The notes under the pieces: generated by a model
What the model was told of the DNA's origin: nothing
Databases searched by the model: none
What the model saw: only the letters and a program-made list of their open reading frames with translations
Translations under genes and position numbers: made by a program
Origin: Candidatus Gastranaerophilales bacterium
GTDB lineage: Bacteria; Cyanobacteriota; Vampirovibrionia; Gastranaerophilales; JAILCC01
DNA: 28,240 nucleotides
NCBI GenBank assembly: GCA_024408745.1
Contig: JAKSUS010000001.1
Span: forward strand, 1 to 28,240
Direction: 5' to 3'
Shown here: positions 1 through 7,170 of the stretch, piece by piece
Position numbering within the stretch: position 1 is the stretch's first letter
How the letters are laid out: every line of letters begins with the position of its first letter

Positions 1-42
1 GTTATTTTGAAATTATAACAAAAAATAAAAAATATTCAAACA

Positions 43-76
43 TATTATTGACGTCAATAATAAAATATGATATATT
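43..76 (+). promoter_or_regulatory. Sigma70-type promoter overlapped by a 20-bp perfect palindrome (operator 1)
   Basis: TTGACG 48-53, 17-bp spacer, extended -10 TGnTATATT 68-76; palindrome TATTATTGACGTCAATAATA at 43-62. Confidence 0.75.
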
Positions 77-90
77 GTTAAGGTCATACC

Positions 91-102
91 CTTGACGTCA
101 AG
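91..102. promoter_or_regulatory. Second operator-like palindrome CTTGACGTCAAG
   Basis: Same TTGACGTCAA core as 48-57, 44 bp downstream, just before the SD of the Arc-like gene. Confidence 0.65.
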
Positions 103-114
103 AGAAAGGAAAAT

Positions 115-255
115 ATGACAAACGAACAAAAACGTTTTACATTGCGCCTTGATAAGCAATTATTTGAAACAATTACAAAGATTGCTAAAGATGAAAATAG
201 AGCAATCGGGCGACAAATAGAACAAATATTAAGACAATATGTAAAACAAAACTAA
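115..255 (+). CDS. Arc-like ribbon-helix-helix DNA-binding protein, 46 aa (not in ORF track)
   Basis: MTNEQKRFTLRLDKQLFETITKIAKDENRAIGRQIEQILRQYVKQN; FTLRL strand plus ENRS/A-like Arc pattern; SD GAAAGGA. Confidence 0.8.
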   Translation: MTNEQKRFTLRLDKQLFETITKIAKDENRAIGRQIEQILRQYVKQN

Positions 256-357
256 TTGAAATGCAAAAAACAGTACTTTGACAACTAAATAAAGGTAAGA
301 CGACCGGCGAACCAACAAAGGCGCACAAGGGAAGAATAAAATAAAGTTTTTATATAT

Positions 358-375
358 GCCGTCAGCTATGACGGC
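358..375. other. 7-bp GC-rich hairpin GCCGTCA-gcta-TGACGGC
   Basis: Perfect inverted repeat in the intergenic leader. Confidence 0.5.
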
Positions 376-410
376 TCCCATAAGGATTTTGTTTACAACT
401 ACTAATATAT

Positions 411-474
411 ATCCGCACAAGTCCACTTATTTCTATAATCTATATACTGAATTACCTATTGTGCGGATTTTTTT
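411..474 (+). terminator. Large-loop intrinsic terminator-like hairpin 1
   Basis: ATCCGCACAA 411-420 pairs with TTGTGCGGAT 459-468, 38-nt loop, then T-run. Confidence 0.6.
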
Positions 475-505
475 AAGTTTATCTACATTGTTTTAGTCAA
501 GGTTG

Positions 506-554
506 ACCGCGCACTCCTCGACATAGTGTTTTTCGTATTCGCGCGGTTTTTTTT
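506..554 (+). terminator. Large-loop intrinsic terminator-like hairpin 2
   Basis: ACCGCGC 506-512 pairs with GCGCGGT 541-547, 28-nt loop, 7 T. Confidence 0.6.
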
Positions 555-579
555 AAGTTTATCGTTATTTAACTTGTAC

Positions 580-603
580 GTCCGATTTAATCGGACTTTT
601 TTT
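580..603 (+). terminator. Intrinsic terminator-like hairpin 3
   Basis: GTCCGAT-tta-ATCGGAC then 7 T. Confidence 0.65.
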
Positions 604-630
604 AAAAAGAATTAGTAAAGGAGTAATAAT

Positions 631-990
631 ATGATTAAAAAATTTTTGAATTGGCTGAATAAGCCTAGATGTCTTGAGGTTTCTTACATTCTAAATTGTG
701 AAGAACCAACAAAAGATGAAATTGAAAACGTAGTCTTAACGCACGATTTTAACGCTCGCTTGCGTGAAATCAGAACTAAAAACTTTGATGAAACAAAAGA
801 AATTATTAAAAGCTACACGCAAAATAAATATCAAAAAGACGGGCTTTTAATTACTAATAGACAGCTTGAAGAAGAAACAAATGAAATGATTATTAAACTT
901 CTTCAATCAGGCGCTATTGATAATATGAACAGATTAAACACAGAAACAATTCAAACACTTGAAAAATATGCAAAAGGAGGTAAAAAGTGA
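631..990 (+). CDS. Hypothetical phage protein, 119 aa
   Basis: ORF with SD AAAGGAG; ends TGA overlapping next ATG. Confidence 0.8.
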   Translation: MIKKFLNWLNKPRCLEVSYILNCEEPTKDEIENVVLTHDFNARLREIRTKNFDETKEIIKSYTQNKYQKDGLLITNRQLEEETNEMIIKLLQSGAIDNMNRLNTETIQTLEKYAKGGKK

Positions 991-1130
991 TGAATTACAG
1001 AGAAATGATTGAATGGTGCGATATGCATCTTGCAAGTTCTAATGAGCTATACGATACCTATTGTATGGACGATGAAGAAAAAGAAGAATTTGAAGAAAAA
1101 CTAAATACAGGCTACGAAAGCGGTTATTAG
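990..1130 (+). CDS. Small acidic hypothetical protein, 46 aa (not in ORF track)
   Basis: MNYREMIEWCDMHLASS...GYESGY; SD AAGGAGG upstream. Confidence 0.7.
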   Translation: MNYREMIEWCDMHLASSNELYDTYCMDDEEKEEFEEKLNTGYESGY

Positions 1131-1144
1131 ATTGGGAGGAAATT

Positions 1145-1297
1145 ATGGAAAAGTTTTTAAGAGGAAAAACAAAAGGCGAACTTGTTAATCTTATTTTAGA
1201 TTTCACAACGAAAGATAAGTCTTTCACAAACAAAATTATTTGCTATTACAAGTCAACATTAAAAGACTTGAAAGAAGAATTAAAAAAAGCTCTGTAA
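1145..1297 (+). CDS. Small hypothetical protein, 50 aa (not in ORF track)
   Basis: MEKFLRGKTKGELVNLIL...EELKKAL; SD GGGAGGA. Confidence 0.7.
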   Translation: MEKFLRGKTKGELVNLILDFTTKDKSFTNKIICYYKSTLKDLKEELKKAL

Positions 1298-1339
1298 AAA
1301 GAGCTGTCAAAAAATTATAACAAAAGGATTATAACAAAA

Positions 1340-2353
1340 ATGAAAAGAAGTTACAAGATTTTAAATTACAAAGAGGGAATGAAAATTGATAAAAATTGTA
1401 TTATTCGCAATATGCCCTCCGAAGTTTATCATAGCTTACCTGCTTTATCAAATTCAGGTCTTAAAACTTTAATTGATTGTCCGGCAAAATATTATTATAA
1501 ATATTTATCGGGTGAGTATGAACCAAAAGAAAGACCGAGTTTTAAAATAGGCAAAGCGGTACATTGTTATTTGTTGGAGGGCAGAAAAAAGTTTGAACAA
1601 ACCTATTGGCATAATCCCTACAATGAATTAACCAAACCCGAATTAATAGACTTATTAAAAACTAAACACGGTTATGATGACTCGATTAAAAAATATTTAG
1701 TAGTCGATTTAATGCAAATTCTATTAGATGAAAACGGAATTACACCAAAAGAAATACATCTTAATAAATCCGAATTAAATCAAGTCGTATGCATGACTAA
1801 AACTGCTAAAAACGACACTAAAACAAAAAACGCATTAAGTCAGAAAGGCGAAAGCGAATTAAGTATATTTTGGAAAGACGAAAAAACAGGGGTAATGCTA
1901 AAATGCAGACCCGACTTTATGCCCTATGATTGCTTGAATGTTCCCGATTATAAAACAACAGAAAGTGCTAATCCTCGTAATTTTTATAAAAAGTTTATTG
2001 AGTATGGTTATCATATTCAAGCTGCAATGTATCGAATGGGAATTAAAGCAGTAACAGGTATTGAAGTTCAAAACTTCTTTTTCATTGCACAAGAAAAAGA
2101 ACCGCCGTACATTACGCAAATATATTTAAACTGTGATGAATTGCTTACGTATGGAGAAAAAGCAATATATAACGCAATTGAAAAATATAAAGAGTGTGAA
2201 GAAAAAGGACTTTGGGGCGGTTATTCAGACAAAATTATTGAATTAAGTTTAGATTTACCACCAGAGGATTTATTAGGAAGTTACGACAAAGAGCAAGGTA
2301 TTTGTTTTGCTCCTAAATGGATTGATAGCGAATTAATTAAATATGAGGTTTAA
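1340..2353 (+). CDS. RecE/exonuclease VIII-like PD-(D/E)XK nuclease (DUF3799-like)
   Basis: YH...LSNSGLK, KCRPD, DYKTT, YGYHIQAAMY motifs; followed by a RecT-like gene. Confidence 0.85.
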   Translation: MKRSYKILNYKEGMKIDKNCIIRNMPSEVYHSLPALSNSGLKTLIDCPAKYYYKYLSGEYEPKERPSFKIGKAVHCYLLEGRKKFEQTYWHNPYNELTKPELIDLLKTKHGYDDSIKKYLVVDLMQILLDENGITPKEIHLNKSELNQVVCMTKTAKNDTKTKNALSQKGESELSIFWKDEKTGVMLKCRPDFMPYDCLNVPDYKTTESANPRNFYKKFIEYGYHIQAAMYRMGIKAVTGIEVQNFFFIAQEKEPPYITQIYLNCDELLTYGEKAIYNAIEKYKECEEKGLWGGYSDKIIELSLDLPPEDLLGSYDKEQGICFAPKWIDSELIKYEV

Positions 2354-2354
2354 T

Positions 2355-2987
2355 ATGAATGAAATTGAGAAAACAGAGAAATTTGAGCAAACAACAACAC
2401 AAGTAAGCATTTATTCCGATACTAATTTGTACAATGAATTTTTTAAGATTGCAGAAGGCTTATCAAAAACAGAGCTTGTACCTGCAAGCTACAGAAACAA
2501 ACCCGAAAGTTGTTTACTTGCAATTGACTTAGCTAGGCAAATCGGATGCAAAAGCCCTTTTTATATAATGCAAAATCTATTTATGATACAAGGCAAGCCG
2601 TCTTGGAGCGGTCAATATTGTACAGCAGTAGTCAGAGCAAATTTTGATAATGTCCATATTGAATGGAAAGGCAAAGACGACCCCGATGGAGTAGGTTGCA
2701 GAGTAATTGCAACAGATAAAAACGGTAATGATTGTATTGGGACTTGGGTTACTATGAAAATGGCAAATGCCGAAGGGTGGCTAAATAAAACAGGGTCAAA
2801 ATGGCAAACAATGCCTCTTCAAATGCTCCAATACAGAGCGTTTACTTTTTTTGCAAGAATTAATTGCCCTGAAAAACTTTTAGGCTTAGCAGATGAATTT
2901 GATAAAGATTACACAGAACAAAAAACAAGAACATCAAAAGTTATAGAACTTGAGCAAAAATTAATGGAGGATAAAACAAATGAGTAA
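2355..2987 (+). CDS. RecT-like single-strand annealing protein
   Basis: LVPASYRNKPESCLLAIDLA, IMQNLFMIQGKPSWSGQ, W..MP.QML.YRA pattern; start chosen at ATG 2355 after GAGGT (ORF track starts 2343). Confidence 0.75.
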   Translation: MNEIEKTEKFEQTTTQVSIYSDTNLYNEFFKIAEGLSKTELVPASYRNKPESCLLAIDLARQIGCKSPFYIMQNLFMIQGKPSWSGQYCTAVVRANFDNVHIEWKGKDDPDGVGCRVIATDKNGNDCIGTWVTMKMANAEGWLNKTGSKWQTMPLQMLQYRAFTFFARINCPEKLLGLADEFDKDYTEQKTRTSKVIELEQKLMEDKTNE

Positions 2988-3180
2988 AATCGGTGTAGCT
3001 TGGAACAAATACAAAGATGACGGAACAAGTTATATTTCAATTAAATTAGATGATGAATTATTGCCGTTTACAATTACAAAAGAGCATATTATTACTCTTT
3101 TTGAAAACAAAACAACGGAATATACGACGGATAAATCACCGGCATATACTTTAACAATAAGTTTACCAAAAGAAAAATAA
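2980..3180 (+). CDS. Small DUF736-like / SSB-like protein
   Basis: KIGVAWNK...YISIKLD...KSPAYTL pattern; position after exo/recT. Confidence 0.55.
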   Translation: MSKIGVAWNKYKDDGTSYISIKLDDELLPFTITKEHIITLFENKTTEYTTDKSPAYTLTISLPKEK

Positions 3181-3211
3181 CTCTGATTAGTCGAAGTATC
3201 TAAATTAAACT

Positions 3212-3235
3212 GAGGGATTTTATCCCTCTTTTTTT
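3212..3235 (+). terminator. Intrinsic terminator
   Basis: GAGGGAT-ttt-ATCCCTC then 7 T. Confidence 0.7.
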
Positions 3236-3241
3236 ACAAAA

Positions 3242-4033
3242 ATGGGGAAGAAAATGAAAGAAAGTTTTGTATTTTATGGTTCATTTTTGAACGCAATTGA
3301 ACAATTTTCAGACAAAAGTCAACTCAAATTGTACAAAGTTTTGTTCAATTTTGCTCTAAAAGGTGAAGATTTTAGTTCAATTTTGAACAAAAAAGAGCTT
3401 GCAATTTTTGAATTGATTAAACCTCAAATACTCGCCAATGCTAAAAGATACGAGGATGGGTGTAAAGGTGGCAGACCACGAAAATTAAAAACCACTGGTT
3501 ATGAAAACAAAAAACCTAATGTAAATGAAAATGTAAATGAAAATGTAAATGAAAATGTAAATGAAAATGACGGGGTTTTTTCCGGAAGCAAAATTGTTTC
3601 TTCTTTTTTATCCGAATACGAAAAAATTTTTGTTACAGTTCCGATTGTTGATGAGCCAATGAAAAAGAAAATTGTTGAATTATCAGAGAATATTCCCGAT
3701 TTTATGACAGTATCAAAATCGGTTTTTCAAAAACTAAAAAATGTCGATTGGACATTTAAAAACGGTACAAAACCCAAATTAGACTGGCTTTTAAAAGAAA
3801 GCAATTTTATAAAACTGGCTAATCAAGAAGAAAAAAAAGTCATTGATTGGCAGGCTAAAGAGCTTGAATATCAGCAGTATAAAGAAAAACAAAAAAAAGA
3901 AGAAGAACAAAAACTTCAAAAGAAGTTAAGGCAAGAACAAGAAGAACGAGAAAAACGCTTAAATCCTACTCCGGAACAACAAGAGCGGATTAAACAAGCT
4001 CAAGAAAGGATGAAAACACTATGGCGATGTTAA
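3242..4033 (+). CDS. Phage replication initiator (DUF6291-like N-terminus)
   Basis: KESFVFYGSF...QLKLYK.LFNFALKG...IKPQILAN.KRYEDGCKGGRP, then NVNE repeats and a charged C-terminus. Confidence 0.75.
   Translation: MGKKMKESFVFYGSFLNAIEQFSDKSQLKLYKVLFNFALKGEDFSSILNKKELAIFELIKPQILANAKRYEDGCKGGRPRKLKTTGYENKKPNVNENVNENVNENVNENDGVFSGSKIVSSFLSEYEKIFVTVPIVDEPMKKKIVELSENIPDFMTVSKSVFQKLKNVDWTFKNGTKPKLDWLLKESNFIKLANQEEKKVIDWQAKELEYQQYKEKQKKEEEQKLQKKLRQEQEEREKRLNPTPEQQERIKQAQERMKTLWRC
3518..3570 (+). repeat. Four tandem 12-bp repeats AATGTAAATGAA plus a partial copy; candidate origin iterons
   Basis: Directly visible; encodes NVNE x4 inside the initiator gene. Confidence 0.8.
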
Positions 4034-4413
4034 AGCAAGAGTTTATTTCAAAAGTCATTTCTCGCTTTGGCTACTATACAGAGAAAGATAGCGAGGGGGC
4101 TTTAAGTGATACCTATTCTAAGTGTTTAACTAAAAAGATAAACTTTGACAAACTTTGGGAGCTTTTTTGTAACGAATACGCAGGAAAAACTCCTCCAACA
4201 GGAGTTGAACTTAAAGAATTGTCAAAAAGATGTTTGCTTGAATCGGTAGAACAACCCAAAAGTAACTGGCTACAAGTTAAAGTTTATGATCCGCGTTATA
4301 AAGTTGAACGCGCTACAGATTGCTTTCCAAAAGGAACAACAAGTGAACAAATCATTAAAACTTACGAAACAATGTTTAAATGTACAGGTTGGGAAATTAT
4401 AAGCATAAGTTAA
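4021..4413 (+). CDS. Hypothetical protein, possibly helicase loader/inhibitor-like
   Basis: Overlaps end of initiator; E..GKTPPT..EL resembles phage loader proteins (weak). Confidence 0.5.
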   Translation: MAMLKQEFISKVISRFGYYTEKDSEGALSDTYSKCLTKKINFDKLWELFCNEYAGKTPPTGVELKELSKRCLLESVEQPKSNWLQVKVYDPRYKVERATDCFPKGTTSEQIIKTYETMFKCTGWEIISIS

Positions 4414-4423
4414 GGGAGGAATT

Positions 4424-4630
4424 ATGGAATTTACAGGAAGCGAAATGAGAGTTATTAAGTATCTTGCGTATCCGACAAAGCAAATTGCCAAAAAAACAAA
4501 TTTTCAACCTTGTACAGTTAATACATATCTTGAAAGCATTTACACAAAACTTGAAGTAAATACAAGAGGTCTTGCAATTCTTAAACTGTTATCTATGCAA
4601 ATTGTAACACTTGATTATTTTGATTTCTGA
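4424..4630 (+). CDS. LuxR-type helix-turn-helix regulator
   Basis: FTGSEMRV...TKQIAKK...TVNTYLESIYTKLEVNTR matches the LuxR C-terminal HTH consensus. Confidence 0.8.
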   Translation: MEFTGSEMRVIKYLAYPTKQIAKKTNFQPCTVNTYLESIYTKLEVNTRGLAILKLLSMQIVTLDYFDF

Positions 4631-4659
4631 CTCCTTTCTACTAGAGTTCACAACATACT

Positions 4660-4687
4660 AGCGCAGGTCAAGGCTTGCGCTTTTTTT
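4660..4687 (+). terminator. Intrinsic terminator-like hairpin
   Basis: AGCGCAGG-tcaagg-CTTGCGCT then T-run. Confidence 0.65.
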
Positions 4688-4714
4688 AAAAGTTAATAAT
4701 CTGATGACATAAGC

Positions 4715-4757
4715 AACGGCGGTATTTTGTCCTTGTTACTTTTCCGCCGTTTTTTTT
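4715..4757 (+). terminator. Large-loop terminator-like hairpin
   Basis: AACGGCGG 4715-4722 pairs with CCGCCGTT 4744-4751, 21-nt loop, T-run. Confidence 0.6.
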
Positions 4758-4768
4758 GAGGTTTAAAA

Positions 4769-4993
4769 ATGGAAGATTTTTTTATTTATCAAACAAACTT
4801 AAGACGATGGACTAAAGGCGCCATTGAGTGTTATAAAATCGGCTGTAATTGTTCAAAATGTAATATTCCTGAAATGGAATATTTTAAAAAGAAAAATTGC
4901 AAAATGAAATATTACGTTATATGGCTTAATAGAGAGTTTGGCAAGCCTAAAAACGAGATAGGACTTAACTATATTATAGAGGATAGCAAATGA
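4769..4993 (+). CDS. Small Cys-rich hypothetical protein
   Basis: RRWT..AIECY..GCNC..C...C.MK pattern, possible metal binding. Confidence 0.75.
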   Translation: MEDFFIYQTNLRRWTKGAIECYKIGCNCSKCNIPEMEYFKKKNCKMKYYVIWLNREFGKPKNEIGLNYIIEDSK

Positions 4994-5349
4994 ATGAAAT
5001 ATTTTTTAAAGAAAAGTGTTTGTTTAATCCCGACACAACTAAAAGTTATATTTTAAACGATTACGATATACATAAAAATCAATTAACAGCAGGTGCTATA
5101 TTTCACTTACGACAATTTATTTTAGATAATTTTAAAATTGATGAAAGAGAGGTCAAAATGTGTCAAAAATATACTCAAATTATTAAATACTACAAAGTTC
5201 TTGAAGAACTTGAAAAATTTAAAGAGCAAGGTGTTTTCTTCATACAATATGGACACAAAGAAATCCAATTATCGGCAGAATTAACTGAAAAATTATTGCC
5301 TGTTGTTATAAAACATTATGAAAACAAAATTAAGGAACTTGAACAATGA
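4990..5349 (+). CDS. Hypothetical protein, 119 aa
   Basis: ORF coupled by ATGA overlaps; SD GAGGA. Confidence 0.75.
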   Translation: MNEIFFKEKCLFNPDTTKSYILNDYDIHKNQLTAGAIFHLRQFILDNFKIDEREVKMCQKYTQIIKYYKVLEELEKFKEQGVFFIQYGHKEIQLSAELTEKLLPVVIKHYENKIKELEQ

Positions 5350-5618
5350 AATTATGATACGGATTAGAGCTACACGAATATGAAACAATCGAGAGTGAAG
5401 ATAAGTATTATTGTTTAGAATTATCGCAAAAGAATAATATTATAGGCACTTACAATTTACCTGTTTATGAAGAAAGCGAACCTAGCGACTATGATGTCTT
5501 AGAACAGAAACTTGATAAAATAAATGAAATTGTATCATTTTTGAAATTGGCTGATAAAGATAATAAATTTAAACAATATACTGATAAGATTATTGAGGTG
5601 ATAAATGAGCTTAACTAA
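5346..5618 (+). CDS. Hypothetical protein, 90 aa, with in-frame TGA at codon 4 (read-through gene or pseudogene)
   Basis: ATG AAA TTA TGA TAC GGA...AAC TAA; 86 further sense codons fill the gap between two genes; no later in-frame ATG. Confidence 0.6.
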
Positions 5619-5790
5619 ATTCAACCATATAATTTATAACGCAATAAATGATGTAGCTAGAGAAGAAATTGATGACGACAGGACTTACTGGAATATAACA
5701 GATAAAAATGGAAAATTTATTGATTATGTTTCATGGAGAGAGCAAGCAGAAGCTATTTTAAAAGAAAGAGAAGAAAAATATGGAAAATAA
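5605..5790 (+). CDS. Hypothetical protein, 61 aa
   Basis: ORF with SD GAGGTG. Confidence 0.75.
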   Translation: MSLTKFNHIIYNAINDVAREEIDDDRTYWNITDKNGKFIDYVSWREQAEAILKEREEKYGK

Positions 5791-6283
5791 ATATTTTGAA
5801 GAAATAGAACAATTACAAAAACAAATTGATGAATTAAAAGAAAAAATTAAGGAACAAGAAAGCCAACCTGTTAAAAGGTGGAGAGCAAATTTAGGTGGAG
5901 ATTATTATTATGTGAATAATAATCTTTTAACAGCAAAAGACCAAGAAAAAGCTCACAATGTAAATAATGTTTTATATAAATTAGGAAATTATTTTCAGAC
6001 AGAACAAGAAGCACGAAATTATCGTGATAACATACTTACAAAACAAGAGCTTAAAGACTTGGCTCTTGAACTCAATGATGGAGTTGAGATTGATTGGGAA
6101 AACCGAGACCAAAGAAAATACTTCATTATATATGATAACCATATTAAAAATTTTATCATTGATTTTTGGCACGATAGTCAATACGTTGGTCAAGTCTATT
6201 GCTTAGACCAAAACTTCTTAGAAATAGCCAAAGAACGAATTGGCGAAGATAGGTTGATTAAATTGATAAAGAGTGGGGTGTAA
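5780..6283 (+). CDS. Hypothetical phage protein, 167 aa
   Basis: Coiled-coil start, KRWRA...YYYV...GNYFQTEQEA pattern common in phage accessory genes. Confidence 0.8.
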   Translation: MENKYFEEIEQLQKQIDELKEKIKEQESQPVKRWRANLGGDYYYVNNNLLTAKDQEKAHNVNNVLYKLGNYFQTEQEARNYRDNILTKQELKDLALELNDGVEIDWENRDQRKYFIIYDNHIKNFIIDFWHDSQYVGQVYCLDQNFLEIAKERIGEDRLIKLIKSGV

Positions 6284-6284
6284 T

Positions 6285-6725
6285 ATGCAAGATAGATTTA
6301 AGTATAGGATATTTTATAGCAATACAATGGTTTATCCCAATTCTTGGAATAACATTGAAAGCATTTATGAATGTTTAAAACAACAAATAATGTGGGATAG
6401 TGCAATAGATACAGATATTAAATTTGACCATATTGCTAATAACCTAGTGTTTATGCAATCCACAGGACTTAGAGATAAAAACGGTAAACTTATTTATGAG
6501 GGGGATATAGTAAAAATTGCAAATGTAAAAGAGCAACTAATTCAAACAAGATATGTTGTTTTTAAAGATTGTGCTTTTCAATTTAGTTTACCGAATAGTA
6601 TGCAAATTGATAAACCTTTATACTGCTGGGCAATAAATTATTTGGGTCATTATAAGCACATAGAACTTGAAGTAATCGGAAATATTTATGAAGATAAATG
6701 CTTATTGAAAGAAGGTAAGGAATGA
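6285..6725 (+). CDS. YopX family protein
   Basis: RFKYR...MQSTGLRDKNGKLIYEGDIV...EVIGNIYE; start placed at ATG 6285. Confidence 0.9.
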   Translation: MQDRFKYRIFYSNTMVYPNSWNNIESIYECLKQQIMWDSAIDTDIKFDHIANNLVFMQSTGLRDKNGKLIYEGDIVKIANVKEQLIQTRYVVFKDCAFQFSLPNSMQIDKPLYCWAINYLGHYKHIELEVIGNIYEDKCLLKEGKE

Positions 6726-6877
6726 AAGATGAAGATATAATTGAAATTTTGGTAGAAGCTATAAACCAAGGCACAAAAAAGTTTGATTACGAGGAAGCTC
6801 CTTTTTTACATGATGCCATGAGTAAATATTTTGAGTATTCAACAGGAATTAAATTGGAAAATATAGAAGATTATTAA
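6722..6877 (+). CDS. Small hypothetical protein, 51 aa (not in ORF track)
   Basis: MKDEDIIEILVEAINQG...ENIEDY; SD AAGGA. Confidence 0.7.
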   Translation: MKDEDIIEILVEAINQGTKKFDYEEAPFLHDAMSKYFEYSTGIKLENIEDY

Positions 6878-6889
6878 GGAGATTAACTA

Positions 6890-6910
6890 ATGGAAGACGG
6901 TAAGGAATGA
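6890..6910 (+). other. Six-codon minigene MEDGKE between two linker repeats
   Basis: Strong SD AAGGAG, ATG GAA GAC GGT AAG GAA TGA, stop overlaps next ATG. Confidence 0.5.
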
Positions 6911-7056
6911 AATTAAATATAAATAAAAATACAATTAAAAAAATGATTAGATTATTAGAAGATAGCCAAGATGCTGAGGTAACTGATTTTGACCATGCTT
7001 ATTATAATATTATTCAAGTAATAGAAATTTTAGAAAATTGGATTAAAGGAGATTAA
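6907..7056 (+). CDS. Small hypothetical protein, 49 aa (not in ORF track)
   Basis: MKLNINKNTIKKMIRLLEDS...NWIKGD; SD AAGGA. Confidence 0.7.
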   Translation: MKLNINKNTIKKMIRLLEDSQDAEVTDFDHAYYNIIQVIEILENWIKGD

Positions 7057-7059
7057 CTA

Positions 7060-7170
7060 ATGGGAAAAATAATAATTGATGAGTTAGTGCAAGACGATAT
7101 TTTAAGAGAAGAATTATATAAAAAGTTAATAAGCCATGTAATTAGTCCAAATGAGGTAGAAAATGAATAA
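7060..7170 (+). CDS. Small hypothetical protein, 36 aa (not in ORF track)
   Basis: MGKIIIDELVQDD...EVENE; SD AAAGGAG. Confidence 0.6.
   Translation: MGKIIIDELVQDDILREELYKKLISHVISPNEVENE

Noticed and set aside
261-344. Possible fourth TGA read-through ORF, MQKTVL*QLNKGKTTGEPTKAHKGRIK
   Set aside because: Only 27 codons, no SD, no recognisable motif; not counted as evidence.
229-426. Minus-strand 65-aa ORF from the track
   Set aside because: Overlaps the Arc-like gene and hairpin region; no SD; composition unlike the real genes.
463-563. CRISPR mini-array reading of the 21-bp repeats
   Set aside because: Two copies only, mostly a terminator T-tract, 59-nt spacer, no cas genes.
988-1104. Full code 4 translation of the whole window
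   Set aside because: Would extend the 631 gene by 38 aa over its neighbour, run the LuxR gene through a terminator, and Trp is almost always TGG; complete reassignment is not supported, partial read-through remains open.
1315-1340. ATTATAACAAAA repeated twice here and once at 12-23
   Set aside because: Low-complexity AT sequence in an AT-rich genome; could be chance.
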